64,000 nucleotides of DNA from a virus. Its lineage: Duplodnaviria; Caudoviricetes. The DNA lies in IMG/VR virus record IMGVR_UViG_3300025598_000001, positions 2,195 through 66,194 of that record; one strand, given 5' to 3'. Each line of letters begins with the position of its first letter. Position 1 is the first letter of the stretch. The notes under the pieces were generated by a model. The model was given only the letters and a program-made list of their open reading frames with translations. It did no database searches and was not told where the DNA came from. Below, in pieces: positions 1-8,257 of this stretch. Both the position numbers and the translations under genes were made by a program.

Positions 1-382
1 AGACCCTAATGAAAGAGGAATTAGATTACCAAGCGGATTGTTAATGCGTTACGACAAGTTAGTACAAGTATCAGAGGATGGCAAAACGCAGTATCAGTAC
101 AAAACTCGTTATGGGTGGAATAAGATTTATGGTGGTAAAGTTATAGAGAACGTCTGTCAAGCAATCGCTCGTTGCATTATTGGTGAGCAGATGTTGGAGA
201 TTGCAAAGAGGTATGACGTGGTTCTTACTGTGCATGATGCTATTGCATGTATTGTGCCGGAAGCAGAGGTTAACGAAGCTCAAGCCTATATCGAAAGTTG
301 TATGCGTAATACACCCGATTGGGCGGAAGGCTTGCCAGTAAATTGTGAGTCAGGTTATGGAAAAAGTTACGGAGATTGTTAA
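1..382 (+). CDS. Family A DNA polymerase, C-terminal fragment (gene starts before the window)
   Basis: YGGKVIENVCQAIAR, motif C-like VLTVHDAI and terminal WAEGLPVNCESGYGKSY, typical of APSE-like phage PolA. Confidence 0.88.
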   Translation, partial: DPNERGIRLPSGLLMRYDKLVQVSEDGKTQYQYKTRYGWNKIYGGKVIENVCQAIARCIIGEQMLEIAKRYDVVLTVHDAIACIVPEAEVNEAQAYIESCMRNTPDWAEGLPVNCESGYGKSYGDC

Positions 383-551
383 AGTGGAATATTCAACATA
401 CTATTTAGAAGCAATGAAAAACATTAAAGAAGCACACAATGCCTTGTTAAAAGGTAAGTTTCAAGAAGCATACGAGCATTGCATAGATGCACAAGTAGAA
501 ATGAGATTGATGGGTAACGCAGTTAGAACTTGGGCAGAGACAAATGACTGA
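345..551 (+). CDS. Hypothetical protein
   Basis: ORF coupled to both neighbours; true start may be slightly downstream. Confidence 0.55.
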   Translation: MSQVMEKVTEIVKVEYSTYYLEAMKNIKEAHNALLKGKFQEAYEHCIDAQVEMRLMGNAVRTWAETND

Positions 552-780
552 TAAAGTAATTCCATTTACAGGTGATACTCGGGGTGACATTGATCCCGAT
601 GAATTGTTTGATGGTAACAGAGGCATATATGAATGTGCTATTGTTATTGGATACACTAAAGAAGGGGCTGAACGCTTAGTATCTTCTACAGGTGACTCAG
701 CATTGATGGTATGGTTACTAGAAAGAGCCAAGCGTATTATTCTTGAAAGTGCCGATTTCAACGACGAATGGGAACACTGA
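544..780 (+). CDS. Hypothetical protein
   Basis: ORF overlapping both neighbours in the operon. Confidence 0.6.
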   Translation: MTDKVIPFTGDTRGDIDPDELFDGNRGIYECAIVIGYTKEGAERLVSSTGDSALMVWLLERAKRIILESADFNDEWEH

Positions 781-1445
781 TGAAAATCCCAGCATGGTCA
801 TACTCAAGCATTAAGCTATTCGACCAATGCCCTAAAAAGTTTTACCATTTGCGTGTGGCTAAAGATGTTAAAGAGCCACCAACAGATGCGATTCTTTATG
901 GCAAACAGTTTCACGAAGCGGCTGAGTTATACATCAGAGATGGCATATCTATACCCCCACAGTTTAGTTTTATTCAGCCATCGTTAGATGCCCTCAAAGC
1001 TATAGAAGGTGAGAAGCATTGCGAACTAGAAATGGGACTAACTGAAAACTTAGAGCCATGTGGGTTTAAAGATAAGGATGTTTGGTGGAGAGGGGTAGCT
1101 GACTTAGCCATAATCAATGGCGAAGAAGCACGATGCCTAGATTATAAGACTGGAAAGTCTGCCAAGTATGCCGATACTGACCAGCTAGAACTGATGGCTC
1201 TTGCCATGTTTAAGCATTTTCCTGATATTAAAGTAGTCAAAGGTGCGTTATTCTTCGTTATAAGTAAGAACTTTATAAAGGACTCGTATAACGCTAAAAA
1301 TCAGGATAAAATGTGGGAGAAGTGGCTGGCAGAGTACAACAAGATGAAGTTTGCATACGAGAATGATATATGGAATCCTCGCCCTAGTGGACTTTGCCGA
1401 AAGCACTGTTTGGTGCTAGAGTGCGCCCATAATGGAAGGAACTAA
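780..1445 (+). CDS. Cas4-like PD-(D/E)XK exonuclease
   Basis: WSYSSIKLFDQCP, G..FH, GVADL...DYKTGK, QLELMA and C-terminal CxxxCxxxxC; ATG at 780 overlaps the upstream TGA. Confidence 0.85.
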   Translation: MKIPAWSYSSIKLFDQCPKKFYHLRVAKDVKEPPTDAILYGKQFHEAAELYIRDGISIPPQFSFIQPSLDALKAIEGEKHCELEMGLTENLEPCGFKDKDVWWRGVADLAIINGEEARCLDYKTGKSAKYADTDQLELMALAMFKHFPDIKVVKGALFFVISKNFIKDSYNAKNQDKMWEKWLAEYNKMKFAYENDIWNPRPSGLCRKHCLVLECAHNGRN

Positions 1446-1446
1446 T

Positions 1447-1791
1447 ATGCCGTATGTAAACAAACCAAGACCTTATAAAAAAGAATACGAACAACAAAAA
1501 GCCCGAGGCGAAGAGAAGCGTCGGATGGAACGTCAACGTGCAAGACGTGCGATTGATAAGATGTATCCTGATAAAAATAAAAACAAAGAAGCGGATATCC
1601 GTGAAGGTAAAGATGTAGCCCACGTCAAAGCATTAGACAAGGGTGGTTCAAATAAGCAAGGTGTTTTCATTGAAAGCGCTAGCGGTAATCGTTCTTTTAA
1701 AAGAGATAGTAAAAGCAACTTAGTTAGGGAAACCACTAAGAAAGAAAAAGGCGAGAAGAAGTTAAGCAAGGTTGTAAAGTTAAAGAAGTAG
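1447..1791 (+). CDS. Basic HNH-like protein
   Basis: KDVAHVKALDKGGSN...SASGNRSF resembles the HNH core D-H-x-x-P/A-L-x-x-G-G-x-N...N-R. Confidence 0.6.
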   Translation: MPYVNKPRPYKKEYEQQKARGEEKRRMERQRARRAIDKMYPDKNKNKEADIREGKDVAHVKALDKGGSNKQGVFIESASGNRSFKRDSKSNLVRETTKKEKGEKKLSKVVKLKK

Positions 1792-1818
1792 TAGTAAACT
1801 AGAAGTACAAAATTACAA

Positions 1819-1845
1819 AGGTGAAGTGGGAGACCACTTTCACCT
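1819..1845 (+). promoter_or_regulatory. Hairpin with GNRA (GAGA) loop in the helicase leader
   Basis: AGGTGAAGTGG-GAGA-CCACTTTCACCT, one bulged base, no U-tract. Confidence 0.55.
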
Positions 1846-1868
1846 GATAACGCTTCGCTGGAGAATGT

Positions 1869-3407
1869 GTGGAAATCATAGACAACAAGGCATTGTTGCT
1901 TAATTTGCGTAACCCTAACAAGGTTACAACGGTTATACCCAAGAGTAAACAAGTCGGTAACAATCAAGTGGTTGTTAACTGGGGCTTGGATGAAGCACGA
2001 GTTTTAAGAAACCTACAAATAAAAAACATCCCATCACCTATTATTGGTAAGTACAACTGGCCCGGAATGTACAAGCCGTTTGAACATCAAAAAGATACTG
2101 CGTCATTCCTTACACTAAACCCAAGAGCTTTCTGCCTAAACGAACAGGGAACTGGTAAAACTGGCTCGGTCATTTGGGCGGCTGATTACTTAATGAAAGT
2201 AGGTAGAATCAAGCGTGTATTGGTTATCTGCCCTCTATCTATTATGGATTCGGCATGGAGAGCCGACCTGTTTAAGTTTGCTATGCACCGCCATGTAGAT
2301 ATTGCTCACGGTTCAAAAGAAAAGCGTACAAAAATTATTAACTCCGATGCTGAGTTTGTCATTATCAATTACGATGGTGTTGAAATTGTGCAAGAAGAAA
2401 TAGCTAATGGTGGGTTTGACCTAATCGTTATTGATGAAGCGAACGCTTATAAAAATTCACAGACTACACGTTGGAAAACACTAAACCGAATCCTCAAGCC
2501 TGATACATGGCTATGGATGTTAACAGGTACACCAGCCGCACAATCACCGGTAGACGCATATGGTTTGGCTAAGTTAGTAAACCCACAAGGTGTACCTAAG
2601 TTTTACTCAGCGTTTAAAGATTCTGTGATGTATAAGATTTCTCAGTTTAAATGGGTAGTTAGACCTGATGCGCAGAAGGTAGTATTTGAAGCATTACAAC
2701 CAGCTATTAGGTACACTAAAGAAGAGTGTCTTGATTTGCCTGAACTAATGTATACCACAAGGGAAGTCGAACTTACGCCCCAACAGAAAAAATACTACGA
2801 CCTGCTACGCAGACAACTTGTTATGCAGACTTCAGGCGAGCAAGTTACTGCTGTTAACGCTGCAGTGGGATTAAGCAAGCTACTACAAATATCTTGTGGC
2901 GCAGTGTATTCGGATTCGGGGGAAACCTTGGAATTTGATATTAAGAACCGCTATAAGGTGTTAAGGGAAGTGATTGATGAAACAAAGCAAAAGATATTAA
3001 TATTTGTACCATTTAAAAATACAATTAAAATCCTTGCGGAAAAACTACAAAGCGATGGGTTTACAACTGCTGTTATCAACGGCGACGTAGCCCATAATCA
3101 ACGCACTGAGATTTTCAAGAAATTTCAAGAAACTCCAGACCCACGCATCCTACTTATCCAACCTCTTGCGGCGGCACATGGAGTGACTTTAACGGCGGCT
3201 GATACCGTTGTTTGGTGGGGTCCTACACCAAGCCTAGAAGTATATGCACAAGCTAATGCACGTGCGCATAGAGCCGGACAAAAGCATCCAGTTACAGTAG
3301 TAAGGTTGCAAGGAAGCAACGCTGAAAAACATTTGTATAAAATGCTTGACAACCGTATCACTGATAATACAAAATTAGTTGATCTTTACAAGGATTTACT
3401 TGATTAA
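1869..3407 (+). CDS. SNF2-family (SF2) DNA helicase
   Basis: EQGTGKT Walker A, VICPLS, LIVIDEAN, LTGTP, HGVTLTAA, QANARAHRAGQ. Confidence 0.93.
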   Translation: MEIIDNKALLLNLRNPNKVTTVIPKSKQVGNNQVVVNWGLDEARVLRNLQIKNIPSPIIGKYNWPGMYKPFEHQKDTASFLTLNPRAFCLNEQGTGKTGSVIWAADYLMKVGRIKRVLVICPLSIMDSAWRADLFKFAMHRHVDIAHGSKEKRTKIINSDAEFVIINYDGVEIVQEEIANGGFDLIVIDEANAYKNSQTTRWKTLNRILKPDTWLWMLTGTPAAQSPVDAYGLAKLVNPQGVPKFYSAFKDSVMYKISQFKWVVRPDAQKVVFEALQPAIRYTKEECLDLPELMYTTREVELTPQQKKYYDLLRRQLVMQTSGEQVTAVNAAVGLSKLLQISCGAVYSDSGETLEFDIKNRYKVLREVIDETKQKILIFVPFKNTIKILAEKLQSDGFTTAVINGDVAHNQRTEIFKKFQETPDPRILLIQPLAAAHGVTLTAADTVVWWGPTPSLEVYAQANARAHRAGQKHPVTVVRLQGSNAEKHLYKMLDNRITDNTKLVDLYKDLLD

Positions 3408-3431
3408 GATAAACTTTAACAGGAGAATATT

Positions 3432-3842
3432 ATGGATGAAAAAGTAGAATCACCGCTTGAGAAGTGGACTCGAATCTACATTAAGATGAGAGAAAAGAAG
3501 GCGGAAGTAACGCATGAATTAGAAGAAAAAATTGCCAAGATAGAAGAGGATATGAAGGTTATTAAAACTGCTATCCTTGACCATATGAAAGAGATTGGCG
3601 CTGAAAGTTTAAAGACAAATGCGGGTGTAGTGTATCGTACTGTACGTACCACATATTCAACATCTGATTGGGAATCTATGGGCAAGTTTATTCTTGAACA
3701 TGGTGTGCCTGAATTATTGGAGAAGCGGTTGCACCAAACCAATATGAAGGCATTTTTAGAAGACTACCCCGAGTTGCTTCCTCCGGGGCTTAACGCAAAC
3801 ATGGAGTATTCCGTGACCATAAAAAGGAGTAAAAATGGTTGA
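3432..3842 (+). CDS. Conserved phage replication-module protein (coiled coil plus beta C-terminus)
   Basis: RBS AACAGGAGAAT; SLKTNAGVVYR...DWES...ELLEKR...LPPGL pattern seen in APSE-like replication modules. Confidence 0.7.
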   Translation: MDEKVESPLEKWTRIYIKMREKKAEVTHELEEKIAKIEEDMKVIKTAILDHMKEIGAESLKTNAGVVYRTVRTTYSTSDWESMGKFILEHGVPELLEKRLHQTNMKAFLEDYPELLPPGLNANMEYSVTIKRSKNG

Positions 3843-4107
3843 AGAATCTTTTGTCCCGATAGAAGGGGTAGCCAAGCATTTTTCGGTGTCTATCTCGACT
3901 GTACGTGCATGGATTCGTCAGAGCCTAGTACCCTCACTGAAGATTGGCGGTGTATACCGTTTCAAGATTAGCGAAGTAGAACAAGCCCTACGAAAACTAA
4001 GCGGCGGAGAATTAGTAAGAGAAGAAGTAGATGGGAGTCTAACGGTGCAAGCACCTGCAGGATCAACCCAAATGGTATTAAATTTTAACCCTGACGAAGA
4101 TATTTAA
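3835..4107 (+). CDS. Excisionase/MerR-like helix-turn-helix DNA-binding protein
   Basis: VAKHFSVSISTVRAWIRQSLVPSLKIGGVYRFKISEV matches the HTH_17-type pattern. Confidence 0.85.
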   Translation: MVEESFVPIEGVAKHFSVSISTVRAWIRQSLVPSLKIGGVYRFKISEVEQALRKLSGGELVREEVDGSLTVQAPAGSTQMVLNFNPDEDI

Positions 4108-4118
4108 GGAGAATGACA

Positions 4119-4988
4119 ATGAGTGATTTAGCTCTATTTAAAGGTGGTTTACCTTCCTACTTAAAAGGTACAGATGATGCAACTAACGCACTTGCTGGTA
4201 CAAAAGATGGTGGTGGTTTAGGCGCACGTCGCATTAGTATTAAAGGCGGAGTATTCCGTGAGTTCATTGGCGGTAAAGAATATCGTGTATCTGAAGAACG
4301 TTCAATGAATGTAGTTATTGTTAAAGCTGCACCGAAAGTATCCCGTATTTACTATAGCGGAAGCTACTCCGAAGGTGAAGCCGTATCCCCAACTTGCTGG
4401 TCATCCGACAGCCAAAAACCTGATGAAGCCGTTAAGAATAAGCAGTCAGCCACCTGCTTAAACTGTGCGCAAAACATTAAGGGTTCTGGTCAGGGTGATA
4501 GCCGTGCCTGCCGTTATCAACAGCGCCTCGCAGTCGTGATCGATGGTGAGATTGATAAGGAAGAAGTTTACCAATTAGTACTGCCACCAACTTCCGTATT
4601 CGGTGACGGTGAGAAAGGTAAGCTCCCTCTACAGGCATATGCTCGCCATCTTAAGAACCACGGTACCCCCATTACCGGTGTTGTTACTGAGATGCGGTTT
4701 GACACAGCAAGCCCTACACCAAAGTTGGTATTTAAACCTGTGCGTCCTGTGACCGAAGAAGAGTTCTTAAAGATTCAAGAACTTAAGGATTCTAAAGAAG
4801 CAGTACAGGCTATTACTTTGACTGTAGCGCAGACTGATGGTGTTAAGGAAAAAGCTAAACCTGCACTATCCGCACCTGTAGTTGAAGAAGTTGAAGTTGA
4901 AGAACCTAAGAAAGCAGTTTCCAAGAAAGCTCAAGTATCTAACGAACCTAAGTTAGAGAGTTTGATTGGTGAATGGGATGATGCTTAA
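4119..4988 (+). CDS. Putative ssDNA-binding/annealing protein
   Basis: RRISIKGGVF, Cys cluster PTCWSSD...CLNC...SRACR, acidic aromatic C-tail GEWDDA; lies between helicase and primase. Confidence 0.65.
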   Translation: MSDLALFKGGLPSYLKGTDDATNALAGTKDGGGLGARRISIKGGVFREFIGGKEYRVSEERSMNVVIVKAAPKVSRIYYSGSYSEGEAVSPTCWSSDSQKPDEAVKNKQSATCLNCAQNIKGSGQGDSRACRYQQRLAVVIDGEIDKEEVYQLVLPPTSVFGDGEKGKLPLQAYARHLKNHGTPITGVVTEMRFDTASPTPKLVFKPVRPVTEEEFLKIQELKDSKEAVQAITLTVAQTDGVKEKAKPALSAPVVEEVEVEEPKKAVSKKAQVSNEPKLESLIGEWDDA

Positions 4989-5000
4989 TTAATGTTTTAC

Positions 5001-5092
5001 GGGGGGAAAACGCAGGTCGGCTCGGCGACCTTAAATAGCCTGTATGCAATCATTGTTGATATGATTCTCCTTCACATTGCGTGAGTACCCCC
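5001..5092 (+). ncRNA. Candidate structured RNA with loop-E/sarcin-ricin-type internal loop and an anti-SD segment
   Basis: GGGGG/CCCCC and ACGCA/TGCGT helices flank GAAA/GAGTA; inner hairpins GGTCG/CGACC and AATCAT/ATGATT; contains ATGATTCTCCTT. Confidence 0.6.
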
Positions 5093-5107
5093 ACCTTAAA
5101 GGTGGCT

Positions 5108-7981
5108 ATGAACAATTTAGAATTTTTACAGCAAGTCCTTGGCGACGAAGGATACTACTGCATAGTTGGATTAAAGAAGGATTCGGACAAACCCGTACAG
5201 AAATTCTTTAAAACACTAGAAGATGCTGTGGCAGTTGCAGAGAATTTAAAGAACGAAGGCTACAACGCTTACTATGCGCTAGCCACGTTTGAAGATGGGA
5301 AATCTAGAAAAACTGCTAATGTAAAGCAGTTGCGGTCTTTGTTTATTGATTTGGATTGTGGTCAGGGTAAACCCTATGAAACACAAGAAGAAGCGTTACT
5401 AGACTTAAAACGGTTCTGTCAAGTAACAAAAATGCCGAAACCAACGCTGGTAAACTCCGGCGGGGGTATACACGCATACTGGGCTTTAGAAGAGCCGCTA
5501 AGCCGTGAACAATGGACACCCCTAGCTGAGAAGCTAAAGAAGATGTGCGACGAGCATGACCTCTTTGCTGACCCCGTAGTAACTGCGGATTCGGTGCGTA
5601 TTCTACGAGTCCCCGGAACTTTAAACTTTAAAAATGATGTTGCTAGACCAGTTGATTTAATCGGTAGCTCATCAGGCTCATATAGTTATGACACACTAAA
5701 AGATGTTATAGGTGATCCGGTACTAGAGAGAAAACCATATATCCCACGTGGGGAGATGGACGAAGTAACTAAGGCTATCCTTGGTAACTATACCAATAGG
5801 TTTAAGACAATCCTGATGAAGACCATGAAAGGTGAGGGCTGTCAACAACTTGAGCATATAATTAAAGCGCAAGCCACAATGCCTGAACCGCAGTGGAGAG
5901 CAGGGCTATCTATTGCCAAATTTTGCATAGATGCGGATATTGCAATTAAAAAGATATCTGAACATCACCCCGAATATAGCCCAGAGTTTGCAGACCGCAA
6001 GGTACGTGGTATCAAAGGCGGACCATATACTTGCGCTAAGTTTGAAGAATATAACCCCGGCGGTTGCGATGGTTGTGTAAATAAAGGGGCAATTAAATCC
6101 CCCATCGTGCTGGGTCGTGAAGTATTAGAAGCTAACGATGACGATAACATTGTAGAAGATGTTCCGTTCCAAGTAGAACAAGGGCACACACAGACATACG
6201 TTATACCGAAATACCCTGAGCCATACTTCCGTGGTAAGAACGGAGGAATCTTTAAGCGTGTAATTAAACAAGAAGACGAGATCGAAGTTCAGGTTTATCA
6301 CAACGATATTTATGTATCACGCAGACTACTGGATTCGGATGTGGGTGAGGCTGTAGTCGTTCGATTACATCTACCGCAAGACGGAGTACGGGAGTTTACC
6401 GTGCCATTAACGGCAGTAACTTCCAAGGACGAACTTAGAAAGTATATATCTTCTAAGGGTGTAGCCGTAGTTAAAACTGACGAGCTTATGTCTTACCTGA
6501 CAACGTGGGTAAACCACCTGCAATATAAAGGTAAAGCCGATACCGCTAGACGGCAGTTCGGTTGGGTAGACGACAAATGCGAAGCGTTTGTGCTTGGCGA
6601 TAAAGAGATCAGTGCTGATAGGGTAGACCATAATCCAGCATCCTCGGCTACAACACAAATGTTTAGTGCATTTAAAACTAAAGGCACGATGGAAGCATGG
6701 AAAGAAGCCATGAACTTTTACAACAAGCCTGACATGGAAGTCCACAAGTTTATGATTGGGTTATCGTTTGGTTCTATTTTTACCGAGTTCACTCCAATCA
6801 ATGCGTCGTTATTACATGTGTACAGCCCTGAATCCGGCATTGGTAAAACTACTGCGCTGTTTGCAGGAGCCAGCATTTGGGGCGAACCTACCAAGCTGTT
6901 GCTAAAGGAAACCGATACAGTAAACTCTAAGATGAACCGTGCCGAGGTATATAACAACCTGCCGTTGATGCTGGATGAGTTAACAAACTCTACGGCTAAA
7001 GACGCTAGTGATTTTGTATATCAATACAGTTCCGGTACACAGAAAAACCGTATGTCAGGCGCTTCTAATGCGGAACGGGTAAGGGGTGAACCTTGGAAAC
7101 AAAACGGCATCAGCACCGGAAATAGCTCCCTAATGGAAAAGATTAGCGCATATAAAGCTATTCCTAAAGGTGAAGCCATGCGTATTTTAGAAGTACGTGC
7201 CCGAAAAGTAGAGGGTTTGGATAAGACCGAAACCGACGTATTGAGTGCGGCTTTACAGAATAACTATGGGCATGCTTACCTACCTTACCTGCAGTATGTA
7301 ATGAATGACATTACAGGGATTAAAGAACTATATAAATCTACACAATTAAAGATAGATAAGCGTTGTGAGTTTGGACCTGAAGACCGATTCCATTCGGTGC
7401 TTGTAACTAACGGCATCATGGGGTTGATGGTTGCTAAACGTGTAGGATTAGTTAATTATGATATTAAACCCGTCGTAGATTTTATTGTTGAAATAGCTAA
7501 GAATGCCAAGAGTCAAGTTAAATCTATGGACGTTGATGCGGAAGGTGTATTAACTAATTTTGTGGCAGAGAATTGGAATAGTATGCTACGAATTAAAAGT
7601 ACGGAAGACACCCGTGTAAATAAAAAAGATGAGGTAGACCACTTAGTTATTCCCGATGCTACCCCAAAACTTACTTTTGTTATACGATACGAGTATGATT
7701 TAAAAATGATGTATATATACCCCAATCCTTTACGGGAGTGGTGTGTTAAAAAGCAAATAAATTATGAAGGACTTATTGATTCTTTAAAGCGTGGTAGGAC
7801 CAAAGCTCAAATGGAAAAGAAACGTATGGGCAAAGGCACTAGAATTAACTTACCACCACTAAAGGTACTGTGGGTTAACTGCGATGGGTTTATGGATGAA
7901 GACAGAGAAGAACAAATTGCCTCCGTTGCGCAACACAAGGAAGCCATTGAAAGTGCTGAAGGAGGGGCAAGTGTGTCCTGA
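5108..7981 (+). CDS. Primase-helicase (RepB-like primase N-terminus, DUF927-type region, P-loop helicase)
   Basis: FIDLDC, NSGGGIHAYW, RILRVPGT primase motifs; CAKF...CDGC; FGW; ESGIGKTT Walker A; LMLDE Walker B. Confidence 0.88.
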   Translation: MNNLEFLQQVLGDEGYYCIVGLKKDSDKPVQKFFKTLEDAVAVAENLKNEGYNAYYALATFEDGKSRKTANVKQLRSLFIDLDCGQGKPYETQEEALLDLKRFCQVTKMPKPTLVNSGGGIHAYWALEEPLSREQWTPLAEKLKKMCDEHDLFADPVVTADSVRILRVPGTLNFKNDVARPVDLIGSSSGSYSYDTLKDVIGDPVLERKPYIPRGEMDEVTKAILGNYTNRFKTILMKTMKGEGCQQLEHIIKAQATMPEPQWRAGLSIAKFCIDADIAIKKISEHHPEYSPEFADRKVRGIKGGPYTCAKFEEYNPGGCDGCVNKGAIKSPIVLGREVLEANDDDNIVEDVPFQVEQGHTQTYVIPKYPEPYFRGKNGGIFKRVIKQEDEIEVQVYHNDIYVSRRLLDSDVGEAVVVRLHLPQDGVREFTVPLTAVTSKDELRKYISSKGVAVVKTDELMSYLTTWVNHLQYKGKADTARRQFGWVDDKCEAFVLGDKEISADRVDHNPASSATTQMFSAFKTKGTMEAWKEAMNFYNKPDMEVHKFMIGLSFGSIFTEFTPINASLLHVYSPESGIGKTTALFAGASIWGEPTKLLLKETDTVNSKMNRAEVYNNLPLMLDELTNSTAKDASDFVYQYSSGTQKNRMSGASNAERVRGEPWKQNGISTGNSSLMEKISAYKAIPKGEAMRILEVRARKVEGLDKTETDVLSAALQNNYGHAYLPYLQYVMNDITGIKELYKSTQLKIDKRCEFGPEDRFHSVLVTNGIMGLMVAKRVGLVNYDIKPVVDFIVEIAKNAKSQVKSMDVDAEGVLTNFVAENWNSMLRIKSTEDTRVNKKDEVDHLVIPDATPKLTFVIRYEYDLKMMYIYPNPLREWCVKKQINYEGLIDSLKRGRTKAQMEKKRMGKGTRINLPPLKVLWVNCDGFMDEDREEQIASVAQHKEAIESAEGGASVS

Positions 7982-8168
7982 CGGAGTGGTTATTGATATA
8001 AACTGGGATAATTTTCATGTGGGGATGTCTGTTTTTGTCCCTGCCGTCAACCTATCAATGTTAGACAAACAAATGCAAACTATTGCAAAAGATAAAGGAA
8101 TTGTAATAAAAGGTTTTGACCGAATTGAAAATAAAAAGCTAGGTATGCGCTTTTGGAGAATTGTGTAA
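7884..8168 (+). CDS. Hypothetical protein (start uncertain)
   Basis: Last ORF of the replication operon; ends GMRFWRIV. Confidence 0.6.
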   Translation: MGLWMKTEKNKLPPLRNTRKPLKVLKEGQVCPDGVVIDINWDNFHVGMSVFVPAVNLSMLDKQMQTIAKDKGIVIKGFDRIENKKLGMRFWRIV

Positions 8169-8176
8169 TATACTAT

Positions 8177-8257
8177 ACGTGCAACAACACATTCTCCTGT
8201 TGCATGTTCTCGTGAGGAACTCCTTGATCCCCGGCTCAAAAGGCTGGGGATTTTTTT
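8177..8257 (+). ncRNA. Candidate small RNA with an anti-SD hairpin loop, ending in an intrinsic terminator
   Basis: 10-bp stem 8177-8186/8198-8207 with loop ACACATTCTCC; second CTCCTT at 8220; -10-like TAATAT/TATACT at 8166-8174. Confidence 0.6.
8227..8257 (+). terminator. Rho-independent terminator at the convergent replication/late junction
   Basis: ATCCCCGGC-TCAAAAG-GCTGGGGAT followed by a T-tract. Confidence 0.85.

Noticed and set aside
1819-1845. Hairpin as an intrinsic terminator
   Set aside because: No U-tract and it lies mid-operon; kept only as a leader structure.
3835-4107. Excisionase-like HTH as evidence of a prophage
   Set aside because: No integrase, att site or host genes in the window; lifestyle cannot be determined.
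5001-5092. Cloverleaf-like fold as a tRNA
   Set aside because: No TTC T-loop, no canonical 7-bp acceptor stem and no anticodon arm geometry.
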